In this document: in pieces, positions 43,360 to 54,573 of the stretch | How positions within the stretch are numbered: the stretch's first letter is position 1 | Layout: each line of letters opens with the position of its first letter | Assembly: GCA_963703955.1 (NCBI GenBank) | Contig: CAVPGK010000015.1 | Location: 1-64,000, forward strand | Source of the DNA: Nitrospirota bacterium | Lineage (GTDB): Bacteria; Nitrospirota; Nitrospiria; Nitrospirales; Nitrospiraceae | Direction: 5' to 3' | Length of the DNA stretch: 64,000 nt | Notes under the pieces: model-generated | What the model was told of the DNA's origin: nothing | The model's database searches: none | What the model saw: the letters and a program-made list of their open reading frames with translations, nothing else | Made by a program: the position numbers and the translations under genes

Positions 43360-44136
43360 TTAGAGAATTCGACAATCTAGGTTCCACACCTGTCCCGACA
43401 CATCCTCGAGAAGTGTAAGGTGATAGATCGTTCTCGCGACGGCACGTAGATCCGGAGACCTGCCTAAGACATGATCCTTGAGAACGTGACCATCGCTCAT
43501 GGCGGATTCAGACATGTCGGTCAGATGCCACCCGGGCAATACCGCGTTAATCCTGACATTGCCGGCTCCCCATTCTCGGGCCGCGGTCTTGACGAGACCA
43601 AGGAGACCGGCCTTTGAGGCGGCATAGGCAGACTGGCCGGGTTGACCGTGAAACGCGGCGAATGACCCGACCACAATCACAGACCCTTTTCGCTGTAAGA
43701 GCATCTGAGCGCCGGCAGCCTTGACGCAATGGAAGGTCCCGGTGAGGTTGGTCTCAAGGACGACGTTCCACTCCTCGGGATTCATGCGCAGCAGCAGATG
43801 ACCTGAAGCCACCCCCGCATTACACACCAGGACATTAAGATGCCCCCACTGCGCCATGAGATCAGTGAGCATCGCGCGCACTTGACAGGGATCTCGAATG
43901 TCAGCCCGGCAGGTGACGGCTTGCCCACCGCTGCGGCGGACGGCCACGGCTGTCTGATCGGCCTCTTTCTCTCGTTCGCGATAATGGACGCCGACGCGCC
44001 AGCCGGCCTGTCCAAACTCCAAGCAAATCGCTCGGCCGATCCCGCGGGATCCACCAGTCACCAAGACCGTGGGAGAAGTCGTCGAGCCGGAGGAAGAAAA
44101 TGGATGGGCTGCGTCCCGGCGAGGTGTGTGTGGCAT
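43360..44136 (-). CDS. FabG-like short-chain dehydrogenase/reductase
   Basis: TGGSRGIG, CNAG, YAASK, INAVLPG. Confidence 0.9.
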   Translation of the reverse strand: MPHTPRRDAAHPFSSSGSTTSPTVLVTGGSRGIGRAICLEFGQAGWRVGVHYREREKEADQTAVAVRRSGGQAVTCRADIRDPCQVRAMLTDLMAQWGHLNVLVCNAGVASGHLLLRMNPEEWNVVLETNLTGTFHCVKAAGAQMLLQRKGSVIVVGSFAAFHGQPGQSAYAASKAGLLGLVKTAAREWGAGNVRINAVLPGWHLTDMSESAMSDGHVLKDHVLGRSPDLRAVARTIYHLTLLEDVSGQVWNLDCRIL

Positions 44137-44263
44137 GGTCCCGTGGAGGCTGTATTATCACGGATCGCGGGCCGCCAACGCAACCGGCGACTGTGCACGA
44201 CGGGTCTTGCCGGTCCAGCGTAGTTATGTTACGGTGAGAGCTTAACAAGGCAGCGGGGGACGC

Positions 44264-45070
44264 ATGGATCTGAGTATACGGAGCTGGCAGGCCACCTTTG
44301 GTGTGCTGGTCATCGGGTGGGTTCTCCTGGGGGCTGAGGCTCAGGCGCTGAATACCATTCCGCCTGGAGTCGAGCGAGTCGCCGATGCGGGTGACTATTT
44401 TCCGGATACTCTTGGAAGCCAATGGCAGTATCGAGGAGAGATCGTCGAAGGTCCGCTCCAGACGATCGCCAAGAAAGGCTTCATCAATGTCTCCACGGTC
44501 AAGGGGACGGATAAGATTCAAGGTGTCGCCGTGAAGGTGTTTCACGATACCAACCCAGGCAATCACGGGCCCTCGGACAGTTTTTACCGCCGGGACCCGG
44601 CTGGGATTGTGTACTATGGGTCCGATCCAGGGACTTCAATTGAGCGGCAGCTCATTCCGTATCAAATTGTTCGCTTTCCGCTGGATCTGCCGTCATCGTT
44701 TCAACAGTTCGACCGGAAAGGGCTGGACTTCGGCAGCGACCTCGACGGTGATGAACAAAATGAACTGGCGGATATGGAAGCCGTCGTCACAGCCGTCGGC
44801 AAGGAGCCGATCTTAGTCCCAGCAGGTTCGTACCCGGATACGGTCCGGATTGAGGCACGAATGACCATGCGCATCTCCCTCTCACAAAGCCAACGTGTCG
44901 CGGTTGGAACCGATACGATGATCGCGTGGTTTGCGAAAGGGATCGGGCTGGTCAAGTACGTCGAGCGGCAGGAACTCCCTCCACTGAGATCAGACCGCGG
45001 ACTGGTCACCGAGATCACCGAAGAATTGGAGTCGTTCTCGATAAGCCCGCAAACAAGCTCCCTGCCTTAG
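44264..45070 (+). CDS. Secreted beta-rich hypothetical protein
   Basis: Signal peptide (AQA), DYFP..GSQWQY, VPAGSY, WFAKGIGLVK; DLDGDEQNE possible Ca-binding loop. Confidence 0.75.
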   Translation: MDLSIRSWQATFGVLVIGWVLLGAEAQALNTIPPGVERVADAGDYFPDTLGSQWQYRGEIVEGPLQTIAKKGFINVSTVKGTDKIQGVAVKVFHDTNPGNHGPSDSFYRRDPAGIVYYGSDPGTSIERQLIPYQIVRFPLDLPSSFQQFDRKGLDFGSDLDGDEQNELADMEAVVTAVGKEPILVPAGSYPDTVRIEARMTMRISLSQSQRVAVGTDTMIAWFAKGIGLVKYVERQELPPLRSDRGLVTEITEELESFSISPQTSSLP

Positions 45071-45085
45071 AGCGCTTACACAGGA

Positions 45086-46103
45086 ATGGATACATACGTA
45101 TTTGGTGCTGGTGCCTCTGCGCCTTACGGCATACCTACAATGGGAGAATTCCTTAGTAAGTCATTTTCTGGGTGGACGCTCATATCTCCGGATCGAACTG
45201 ACTTCGAGGAAGAACTCAAAATTGTTGCTGGAGCTGTCGACGGCCAATACGGGACTAATCTACTGGCTGGCGAGCAAGGTGGCGATCATTTTTCAGCCAA
45301 AGATGCAGGTGGCGTTAAGTAAGATCAACGTCGAAGAGTTGTTGGCACTAGCTGACGAGAATAGAAGCCCTGACATACGACAAGCTCTCGAAAGAGTGAT
45401 CTTCAGAACAATAGAGTGGAGCACGCACGATGGCGGTAGCCATGAATACTATAAACTCTTGATGGGCGAGATCTTAAAGTCAGGTCAAGAGGCTTGTCTG
45501 ATATCGTTTAACTACGACTTGCTGCTTGATCGTGCCTTGGCAGATGCTGCTCGTCACACCACCACTTGGTCATACGCCGTACCGTTTCATGCGGGCATTG
45601 AACCATCCCTTCATGATTCAGATGATCCGACCATTTTTCTGTTAAAGCTGCACGGTTCTTTGAATTGGGGCCAATGCCCAAGATGTAATAGCCTCAGGCT
45701 TTGGACCTACACCACATACGACAACATTTTTCATACAACCTGGCCGAGCTGTAAGCAGTGTAATTCCACGGAATTCAAGCCAGTGCTGGTCGCACCGACT
45801 CCTGCTAAACGGTTTCCGAACGCACTTAACAGCGCTTGGAACACGGCAGCGAAATGCTTACAAAAAACGGAGAGGTTAACAGTAATCGGATACTCTTTTC
45901 CGGCGTTCGACCGCCAATCACGGATCCTGTTTCTGAAGAACTTCATTATTCCTCATCTGCTCGTTAATTCTCGCCCCAAATTAGTTATTGTCGATCCGGA
46001 CCACTCCACACGTAAAGCCATAGAATCCTGGTTTCTGCCTGCCGTTGACAAGAACGTTGACGAATATGATTCGTTCCAAAACCATTGCGCGATGCTTCAA
46101 TAA
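45086..46103 (+). CDS. SIR2-like (SIR2_2) protein, split by one frameshift near 45270-45320
   Basis: VFGAGAS..GIPTM in the first ORF; ISFNYDLLL, LKLHGSLNW, CPRC/CKQC and VIGYSF in the second; lower GC than flanks. Confidence 0.8.
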
Positions 46104-46381
46104 CCGCACAATGGATCAAATCGTTGGCGTCACCTAATAAGCGCATCGAGAGCAACCTTCGCAAGCGGGCTTTCCGCTTGTTCGGCGCTCATGCGCGGTG
46201 TTACGTAGCTTCAAGAGAGGATCAATGAATGGCAAAGTAGGACTGGTGCGACCAACGGGAGCTCCTCTGGGTTCCCTATGAGTACGAAAGGTCAAGGACC
46301 TCCGTCACTCTGCAGGCTGACTCTTGGAGCGGCGAATGAAAACAGGGTAGATTTCCAGGTCAGGTGATCGACGATCTGTTG

Positions 46382-49366
46382 CTACTCCGTTTCCGTGGGC
46401 GCGAAGCCGCGGCGGAGCGTGTTCTCACTGACCACGCGCGGGATCATGAATTGGGTGAGATAATCTTCGCCCCCTGCTTTCGAGCCGACTCCAGAGAGCC
46501 GATGCCCGCCGAACGGTTGTCGTCCTACGAGCGCGCCGGTGATGGGGCGATTAATGTAAAGATTCCCCACATCGAATCCAGCGCGGGCAGCGACCACGTT
46601 GGCCGGGCTTCGGGAATAGAGCCCCCCGGTCAAGGCATAGGGTGAATTGTTCGCCAGACGAAGTGCCTCCTCGAAGTCGCGCGCTCGCATAACGGCGAGC
46701 ACCGGTCCAAAGATTTCCTCCTGAGCCAGTCGATGGTGCGATTCGATATCGGCAAAGATCGCCGGCCCGACGAAATAGCCTGGACCCCTCACCTGGCGCT
46801 CCAACACCAGCCGTCCTTCTCGTTTGCCGATTTCAATATACTCCCGGACCTTCGCCACAGCCCGCTGATCAATCATCGGCCCCATACGGTTGCCGGGATC
46901 TTCCGGCGGACCGATCTGAAGGCTCTGAACAGCATCGACCAGGCGCTGGAGAAAGAGATCATAGACCGATTCGTGCACAATGGCCCGCGAGCAGGCGGAA
47001 CATTTCTGACCTTGATAGCCGGCAAACGACGTGACCACTCCCGTCACCGCCTCGTCCAGATCCGCCGTCTCATCCACGATGATCGCGTTCTTTCCACCCA
47101 TTTCCGCGATCACGCGCTTCACCCCCCGTTGCCCAGGCTGAACCTGCGCGGATTGAGCGAGTAGACGGAGACCGACATCTTTCGATCCGGTAAAAGCGAC
47201 CAGGCTGATCTCCGGATGCGCGACGAGGACCTGCCCGATCTCGGGACCTCCCGGCAAGACCTGCAGAACCCCTTCGGGCACTCCCGCCTCGGTCAGGAGT
47301 TCGGTCAGGAGGAGGCCAATGACCGAGGCGCGTTCCGATGGCTTGAACAGCACGACATTGCCGGTCACCAAGGCTGCCGCGACCATGCCTGTCGGGATCG
47401 CAAGAGGAAAATTCCAGGGCGCAATGACGGCGACAGTTCCGCGTGGAGCATACAACAGGTGATTTATCTCGCCGGGTTCGTGTCCCAATCGAAGAGGACG
47501 TCCCAGCCGGCGCATCTCCCTCGCATAGTACTCGAGGAAGTCGATGGCTTCGGCCACGTCCGCATCAGCGTCTCGCCAGGGTTTTCCCGTTTCAAAAATC
47601 TCCCAGGAGGCCAGCTCAAAGCGCTTGTGTCTCATCGCCGCGGCCGCTGTCGTAAGGATGGTTGCGCGATCCGTAGTGGGTACGGCGCTCCAGTCGGAAA
47701 GCTTGCTGAGCGCAACCTCGACGGCTCTGGGAACTTGGGCAGGATCATACCCGCGTAACCGACCGACCGGTTCCTTCGGACTGCTGGGGTTGTAGGAGAC
47801 CAGCTCTGGTCCGGATGGTGACCCTCCTGGGGAAACATACGAAAACGTCTGGCCAAGCTGACTGCTCACCTGGGCGATAGCCCGACTCATCGCGTCTCGA
47901 GCGGACTCTTTCGAGAAATCGGTGTGGGGTTCGTTGCTGAATCGGTCGGCGCGATCGCCATCCGAAGACCGATCGCCATCCTTGTCAACCGATGCAGGAC
48001 CCGGTGACGGGACATGCGGCGCGGCGAGCAACTGGGGCAGGGGCTCAGCTTCCGAGTGCTCCTTCCGTAGAAATGATTCGTTCGAGGTGTTTTCCAACAG
48101 GCGCCGTACGAGATAGGCCATGCCGGGGATCAACTCTCCAACCGGAGTGTACAACCGAACCCGCCGTCCCATTTGCGACACCGCAGTTTGCAGCGGCTCG
48201 GCCATGCCGAAGATCATTTGAAACTCGTACGCTTCTGGCGTTAACCCCTTGGCCTGCGCTGCGGCCTCGGCATGAGCCAGGCTCCGCACGTTATGGCTTC
48301 CAAATGCTGGACGGACATGCTGGGCATGATCCAATAGACTCCGGGTGAGCGCCTCATACTGGACATCGGTGCCAGCTTTCGATTCAAACACTGGCACCGG
48401 CCATCCGCGCTGTTGATAGCGGATCATTTCGGAGTCCCAATACGCCCCCTTGACCAATCGCACGGCGATCGGCGCGTCACGGCGCGCAGCCCATGCCATG
48501 AGCTGGTCCAGGTCTTTCGGAGTCTCTTTCAAGTAGGCTTGGATCGCGATCCCCGCGTGCGGGTAGGAGCGGAAGTCAGACTCGGAGAGCAGACGTATGA
48601 AGACCATCAGCGTGAGATCCTTCAATTCAGCCTGCTCCATGTCGAAGGTGACTGCCGCAGACATTGTCGCGGCGGCGGCGAGGAGCGGCCGGAGGCGCGC
48701 GGCCACCGCGCGATAGGCCCCCTCGGGATCAATCGGATCCAATTGGGAATAGAGCGCCGAGATTTTGACGGACAGATTGACCCGGGGGATTGGCCCCAGG
48801 TGATCACACTCTAATAGGGGATTCCCAGGCCAGGCCGCAGTGGCCTTGTGAAGGAGAGTCAGGGTGTTCAGGCACCGGTCGCGATACGCATCGGCTTCTC
48901 GTTCGCTGACCGACGCTTCCCCGAGGAGATCCACCGAATGTCCGCGTCCCTCCGTCCATTGTCGCGAGAGGACCGGAAGTGCCCCCTCTATGTTGGCCCC
49001 GGCAATAAACGTCGTCGCCATCTGATGAATGCGATGACGCAGGGATTTCGCGCTGAGACGCGCCCCGAGTTTCGTGGCGGAAACTGCTCGTAAGCCCCAC
49101 TGAAGAGCCGCGCCCGGTAACCGGTCCTCTCCAAAGTACTCATCGACGAGCTTGGTAACTTGGGCGTCGTTCTGGAGGGATGGCAGAGCGTCGATAAATC
49201 GAAAAAGTCGGACCTTGAAATTTTCATCTTTCATGCACCAGTCCAGTAAGGTATTCGACCACCATCGGCGGTCAAAGAGGGTGGGGGCCAGCCCTTTGGA
49301 GCGTTCCGCAAGGTCCCGCCCGATTTGGTAAATAGCGGTTTCTGAAGCCGGCGCATCAGTTTTCAT
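46382..49366 (-). CDS. putA: Bifunctional proline dehydrogenase / P5C dehydrogenase
   Basis: LFRFIDALP, DLLGE, VRLVKGAYWDSE, GSHNVRS, YLVRRLLENTSN; ALDH PWNFP, EMGGK, GQKCSA, EEIFGP. Confidence 0.95.
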   Translation of the reverse strand: MKTDAPASETAIYQIGRDLAERSKGLAPTLFDRRWWSNTLLDWCMKDENFKVRLFRFIDALPSLQNDAQVTKLVDEYFGEDRLPGAALQWGLRAVSATKLGARLSAKSLRHRIHQMATTFIAGANIEGALPVLSRQWTEGRGHSVDLLGEASVSEREADAYRDRCLNTLTLLHKATAAWPGNPLLECDHLGPIPRVNLSVKISALYSQLDPIDPEGAYRAVAARLRPLLAAAATMSAAVTFDMEQAELKDLTLMVFIRLLSESDFRSYPHAGIAIQAYLKETPKDLDQLMAWAARRDAPIAVRLVKGAYWDSEMIRYQQRGWPVPVFESKAGTDVQYEALTRSLLDHAQHVRPAFGSHNVRSLAHAEAAAQAKGLTPEAYEFQMIFGMAEPLQTAVSQMGRRVRLYTPVGELIPGMAYLVRRLLENTSNESFLRKEHSEAEPLPQLLAAPHVPSPGPASVDKDGDRSSDGDRADRFSNEPHTDFSKESARDAMSRAIAQVSSQLGQTFSYVSPGGSPSGPELVSYNPSSPKEPVGRLRGYDPAQVPRAVEVALSKLSDWSAVPTTDRATILTTAAAAMRHKRFELASWEIFETGKPWRDADADVAEAIDFLEYYAREMRRLGRPLRLGHEPGEINHLLYAPRGTVAVIAPWNFPLAIPTGMVAAALVTGNVVLFKPSERASVIGLLLTELLTEAGVPEGVLQVLPGGPEIGQVLVAHPEISLVAFTGSKDVGLRLLAQSAQVQPGQRGVKRVIAEMGGKNAIIVDETADLDEAVTGVVTSFAGYQGQKCSACSRAIVHESVYDLFLQRLVDAVQSLQIGPPEDPGNRMGPMIDQRAVAKVREYIEIGKREGRLVLERQVRGPGYFVGPAIFADIESHHRLAQEEIFGPVLAVMRARDFEEALRLANNSPYALTGGLYSRSPANVVAARAGFDVGNLYINRPITGALVGRQPFGGHRLSGVGSKAGGEDYLTQFMIPRVVSENTLRRGFAPTETE

Positions 49367-49504
49367 CGAGCCTCGCTTATGGCGGGCGGTATCGTCCCTT
49401 TTGGGGTACACTTCTATTGTATAAGATTTGGCTTGATAAATTGTGATTCAATTCTGTACAATATGATTGTTTATCTACCGTAGTCCTGAGTGGGGGAGGT
49501 CTGT

Positions 49505-50356
49505 ATGAAAGAGATATCAGGAAACGTGCAGTGGTTATCACAACGAATCGATTACCCTGCGCTCATCATGTTTTCAGCGATTACACTGGCGACCGTCATC
49601 GTGGTGCCCGTTTTTGGTTTGCTCCATGGGTTTTCGACATTGGACTGGATCATGTTCGTGATCCTGTACTTGTCCAGCGGGCTCGGCATTACGGTCGGCT
49701 ATCACCGTTTGATCTCGCATAGAAGTTTTGAGTGCAAAGAGTGGGTGAAAGCCTCACTGTTGGTGGCGGGCGGTTGGGCCTTGGAAAATTCCGCCCTCAA
49801 GTGGTGCGCCGACCATATCCGGCATCATGCGCGGTGCGATCAGAACGAAGATCCCTACAATGCCACCAAGGGATTTTGGCACAGCCACTGCGGCTGGATT
49901 TTTCAGAAGTCGCCCTACCGCGACGAGAAATACGAATCCAAGCTGCGAAAAGATCCGCTCATCATGTGGCAACACCGCTACTACATTCCCATCGTCCTCT
50001 CCGGGCTGGCCCTGCCGTTCATTGTCGGCATGATCAACGGTGGCTGGATGGGCGGGCTCAGTTGCTTTCTGCTCGCCGGGGTGTGCCGCACCTTTTTGGT
50101 GCTGAACTCAACGTTCTGCATCAATTCAATCTGCCACCTCTGGGGAGAGCAATCACATGGGACCGAGGACAGCAGCCGAGATAGCTGGTGGGTCTCGCTG
50201 CTCACGTTCGGGGAAGGCTACCATAACTATCACCACACACACCTTCGGGACTATCGCAACGGGCCGAAGTGGTACAACTTCGATCCCTCGAAGTGGCTCA
50301 TCTTCAGCTTATCCAAGCTCCGACTGGCGTACGACCTGCAGCGCTCCCAACCCTGA
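49505..50356 (+). CDS. Delta-9-type membrane fatty acid desaturase
   Basis: His boxes GYHRLISH, HIRHH, GEGYHNYHH; DYRNG..WYNFDPSKW. Confidence 0.93.
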   Translation: MKEISGNVQWLSQRIDYPALIMFSAITLATVIVVPVFGLLHGFSTLDWIMFVILYLSSGLGITVGYHRLISHRSFECKEWVKASLLVAGGWALENSALKWCADHIRHHARCDQNEDPYNATKGFWHSHCGWIFQKSPYRDEKYESKLRKDPLIMWQHRYYIPIVLSGLALPFIVGMINGGWMGGLSCFLLAGVCRTFLVLNSTFCINSICHLWGEQSHGTEDSSRDSWWVSLLTFGEGYHNYHHTHLRDYRNGPKWYNFDPSKWLIFSLSKLRLAYDLQRSQP

Positions 50357-50573
50357 GGCTTTCTTCCTCTCCGTCCTATTGTCTCCCTGGAAATGATTAG
50401 CGTATCATGAAGACGGGAATCATTTCCAGGAAGACGGGCGTCCGCGGACAAACGAGTGAGGGCGTCCATCATTGCTGTGATCCTCATGATCGAGGAGAGC
50501 TGTCGATCAGAAGTGGGCACTGCGCTAACGCCGGAACGAACGTTGATTCGGTCATCGACGAGGTGGAGGTAAG

Positions 50574-51468
50574 ATGGGAGAGGTAAATCCGGGAACGTCG
50601 CTTCAAGGGCAAGGTCAGGGGAAGGAGGACCTCATCCCGAACGTCAAACAGGTCATTGCCATCAGCAGCGGCAAAGGCGGGGTGGGAAAATCGACGGTGG
50701 CCGTCAATTTGGCTGTGGCCCTCAGCGTCTCGGGAGCAAAGGTCGGACTGATGGACGCGGACGTGTATGGGCCAAACATCCCGATGATGATGGGGGTCGA
50801 CCAACCCGCCGGAGCAGCAGGACGGAAAGATCAAACCCGCTGAAAGCCATGGCGTCAAGCTCATCTCAATGGGATTCTTCGTACCGGAGGAGACGGCGGT
50901 CGTCTGGCGCGGTCCGATGATCCACACGGCGATCCAGCAGTTCTTTCGTGATGTAGTCTGGGGAGACCTGGACTACCTGCTCATCGATCTTCCACCGGGA
51001 ACGGGCGACGCCCAACTGACGATCTCGCAGTTGGTGCCGTTGTGCGGCGCCGTGACCGTTACGACCCCTCAGGAAGTGGCGCTGCACGATGTGCGGAAGG
51101 GCATGATGATGTTCCAGAAGGTCAATGTTCCCTTGTTGGGGATCATCGAGAACATGAGCTACTTTGTCTGCGGCCATTGCGGTACGAGAAGCGACATCTT
51201 TTCCAGCGGTGGGGGAGAGCGGGCGGCGGAAAAACTCGGGATTCCATTTCTGGGACGAATCCCAATCGATCCCGCGATTCGGGCCGGCGGCGACATCGGA
51301 ACGCCGATTGTCGTGGCGGACCCGGCCTCTCCTCAGGCAGCGGCCTTTCGGGAGATCGCAGCCAAGCTGGATGACCGCTTGCATGCAAAATCCGGCGACG
51401 GGGGTCAGTCTGCCACACCGATCGAGAGTCTCTTGAAGAAAATCAAACGGCCGCTTGGAACCGGTTAA
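50574..51468 (+). CDS. mrp: Mrp/ApbC/NBP35 Fe-S carrier ATPase (indel near 50805)
   Basis: [44 protein letters not shown]. Confidence 0.92.
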
Positions 51469-51498
51469 GAAAGGGGAAACCGATGAAGGAGGAGAACA

Positions 51499-51804
51499 AT
51501 GGCTGAATTTACACGAGTGGCTGGGACAGGTGACGTGGCTCCCGGAAACGGGATAGTGGCTGAGGTGAATGGCCACGCAATTGCGGTGTTTAACGTGGAC
51601 GGCACCTATTATGCGATCGATAACACCTGCGTCCATCGCGGCGGACCTTTGGGTGAAGGCGAGCTCGAAGGCGATATCGTCACCTGTCCGTGGCATGCCT
51701 GGGAATACAATGTGAAGACCGGGGTGTCTGTTAATAATCCGGCCGCCTCCGTAAAAACCTACCAAGTCAATGTCGAGGGCCCGGACATCAAAATCCTGCT
51801 GTAA
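51499..51804 (+). CDS. Rieske-type 2Fe-2S ferredoxin
   Basis: CVH...CPWH motifs. Confidence 0.93.
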   Translation: MAEFTRVAGTGDVAPGNGIVAEVNGHAIAVFNVDGTYYAIDNTCVHRGGPLGEGELEGDIVTCPWHAWEYNVKTGVSVNNPAASVKTYQVNVEGPDIKILL

Positions 51805-51945
51805 CCTTTCTCCTATCCGATTATCTCTTTGGCTCATATATTGCCATCCGACCGCAATGGGGCGACGACGACCTGCCTGCTCTTCGTGTCCATCTTCGTC
51901 GGATCAGTCGTCGTGGGGTACTGAACTCTCATGTAACTGCGCTCA

Positions 51946-52416
51946 GTGATTCTAAGCAAAAGATTGCTGGACAATCGATATGAGATGATTAATAATCATT
52001 CGGTAATGAGATGTCCTAACAGTTTCTTCTTTCGAACGCTCAGCCTTGTCGTCACCGTCAGCTTTGCCCATCTCCTTCTGTCGACCGCTGTGGTGCCCGA
52101 CGCCATCGCCCGAATGGGACCAGCTTGGAGCACCCCTCATCTTCCCGGAGCAGACACGTGTGTGCCGCCGGCGATGCTGGAAACGGCCTGGCAGGAAGCG
52201 GTGACCTTAGCGCCGGAGATCGCCGATACGGCCATGGCGGAGAAGATTACCGAGGTGCTCAGGAGCGCCCGTGCCAACGGCACCCTTCCCTTTTTTGAAC
52301 CAAACGGATGCCCACAGCCCGTGATCGATCCTCTCACCATTACGCTCATCATCAGCCTCGCCGCCCTGGCCATTACGCTGATCGTATGGGCGATCGCGGT
52401 GGCCGGCAGCACGTGA
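51946..52416 (+). CDS. Hypothetical protein with N-terminal signal and C-terminal TM anchor
   Basis: Hydrophobic N-segment and C-terminal TM; start may be near 52005. Confidence 0.5.
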   Translation: MILSKRLLDNRYEMINNHSVMRCPNSFFFRTLSLVVTVSFAHLLLSTAVVPDAIARMGPAWSTPHLPGADTCVPPAMLETAWQEAVTLAPEIADTAMAEKITEVLRSARANGTLPFFEPNGCPQPVIDPLTITLIISLAALAITLIVWAIAVAGST

Positions 52417-52465
52417 CCTCGATGGGTCGAAGTTCTGGCCACTTTGCCGTCTTATCTTGGAAGAG

Positions 52466-52520
52466 TGGCTGAGCTCGTCCTATTGCGGCCATCGAGCGGG
52501 CACATTCTTATCGGGCGCTT
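52466..52520. repeat. Fragment of the MITE-like family
   Basis: GTGGCTGAGCTCGTCC...GCACATTCTTATCGGG aligns to the reverse complement of the 3' half of 37102-37247. Confidence 0.55.
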
Positions 52521-52600
52521 TGGGAACACTCGTCTAGCCCAGCCGCGTCTCCAACTCCCTCTTCTTGAGTCGCCGCTCACTCTCCTGCATAATGACCTTG

Positions 52601-53563
52601 ATGGACCGCGACGACCTTCTTTCCCTCTACCGGCAGATACTGCTGATCCGCCGATTCGAAGAAAAATCAGCGGAAATGTATGCGCTGGCTAAGATTGCCG
52701 GTTTCCTGCACCTCTACATCGGTGAAGAGGCCATCGCCGTCGGAACCATGGCAGCATTGAGGCCCGACGACTACGCCATTAGCGCCTATCGAGACCATGG
52801 CCACTGCCTGGCAAAGGGATCGGATCCCAATCAGGTGATGGCTGAACTGTTTGGAAAAGCGACAGGCCTATGCAAAGGAAAGGGCGGGTCTATGCACCTC
52901 GTAGACGCTCAGCGTAACTTCATGGGTGGCTATGCCATCGTGGGCGGGCATCTTCCGCTTGCCGCAGGGCTCGCATTTGCCATGCAGTACCAGAAGCGTG
53001 ATCAGGTGGTCGTCTGCTTTTTTGGAGAAGGCGCTGTGCCGAGCGGCCAGGCACACGAAGCCTTCAACCTTTCGGCTCTCTGGAAACTGCCGGTCATTTT
53101 TATCTGCGAGAACAACCGATATGGGATGGGGACCCCGGTCCATCGAGCGGTTGCGTTGTACTCCGATCTCACGGACAAAGCTCGCTCGCACGGGATTGAG
53201 GCTGCACGGGTGGATGGGATGGATGTTTTGGCGGTGCGGGATTTGATGCAAAAGGTTGTAGATCAGGTCCGTCGAGGCCAAGGGCCGTACTTCATCGAAG
53301 CGGTGACGTACCGATTCCTGGGACATTCAATGGCCGATCCCGCTCACGGCCATTACCGCACAAGACAGGAAGTAGAAGAGGAGCGAAAACGCGATCCGCT
53401 CGTGCTGCTCCGCCAGGTCATTCTGGACAAGAAGTTGGGAACCGAAGCCGATTTCAAACGGCTCGATCGCGAGGTCGGAGAGGTGGTGACGGCTTCCGTC
53501 ACGTTTGCTGAGGAAAGCCCGTTCCCTTCGGGCTCGGAATTATATACGGACGTGGAAGAGTGA
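52601..53563 (+). CDS. pdhA: Pyruvate dehydrogenase E1 alpha
   Basis: IAGFLHLYIGEEA, YRDH, KGKGGSMH, ThDP motif GEGA...ENNRY, TYRFLGHSMADP. Confidence 0.92.
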   Translation: MDRDDLLSLYRQILLIRRFEEKSAEMYALAKIAGFLHLYIGEEAIAVGTMAALRPDDYAISAYRDHGHCLAKGSDPNQVMAELFGKATGLCKGKGGSMHLVDAQRNFMGGYAIVGGHLPLAAGLAFAMQYQKRDQVVVCFFGEGAVPSGQAHEAFNLSALWKLPVIFICENNRYGMGTPVHRAVALYSDLTDKARSHGIEAARVDGMDVLAVRDLMQKVVDQVRRGQGPYFIEAVTYRFLGHSMADPAHGHYRTRQEVEEERKRDPLVLLRQVILDKKLGTEADFKRLDREVGEVVTASVTFAEESPFPSGSELYTDVEE

Positions 53564-53567
53564 CGCC

Positions 53568-54552
53568 ATGATGATGTCCTATCGCGAAGCGCTGAATCAG
53601 GCCATGCGCGAGGAGATGCGTCGCGACGAGCGTGTCTTTCTCATCGGTGAAGAAGTCGGCTATTACCAGGGCGCATTCAAGGTCAGCAAGGGATTTGTCG
53701 AGGAATTCGGCGCTAGCCGCGTCTTGGATACCCCGATCACGGAAGCCGGTTTCACCGGTCTGGCCATCGGCGCCGCCATGGCGGGGCTGCATCCCATCAT
53801 CGAGTTGATGACATTTAACTTCGGCATCCTGGCCTTAGATCAAATCGTGAACAATGCAGCCAAGCTTCGTTACATGTCGGGAGGCCAATTGTCCGCGCCG
53901 CTCGTCATTCGCGGCCCCGGCAGCGCGGCGCATCAGCTTGGCGCGCAACACTCCCAAAGCTTGGAAGCGTGGTTCTGCCATGTGCCTGGTTTAAAGGTCA
54001 TCGCCCCGGCGACACCGCATGACGCCAAGGGACTGTTGAAGAGCGCGATCCGGGATCGAAATCCCGTCATTTTCATTGAGGCGCAACTGCTGTACGGCAC
54101 CAAGGGCGAGGTACAGGAAGGAGAATACACCATCCCCATTGGTCCGGCGGAGGTCAAGCGTCAGTGGTCACGATCTGACGATCGTCGCCTATTCCAAAAT
54201 GTTGCTACTGGCGATGGAGGCAGCGTTAGAGCTCGCCAAGCAGGGAATCGAGGCTGAAGTGGTGGACCCTCGCACGCTGAGGCCGCTGGATGTGAACACC
54301 ATCGTTGCCTCCGTCAAGAAGACCGGCAAATTGATGATTGTGGAAGAGGGTTGGCGCTTCGCTGGATTCGGTGCTCAAATTGCGGAAAGCGTTTACAGCC
54401 AGGCATTTGATTACCTGGACGCTCCGATCGTGCGCGTCACAGGCGAGGATGTCCCCATGCCCTACTCGCGACCACTAGAGGACGCGGCGATCCCCGACCG
54501 TGCGCGTGTGTTGGCGGCAGTGAACACCCTCATGTTAGGTTCCTCACGGTGA
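53568..54552 (+). CDS. pdhB: Pyruvate dehydrogenase E1 beta (indel near 54160)
   Basis: YREALNQAMREEM, DTPITEAG, ELMTFNF, AQHSQ, DPRTLRPLD, FDYLDAP. Confidence 0.92.
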
Positions 54553-54573
54553 TATTATGAGAGGAGATGCGCT

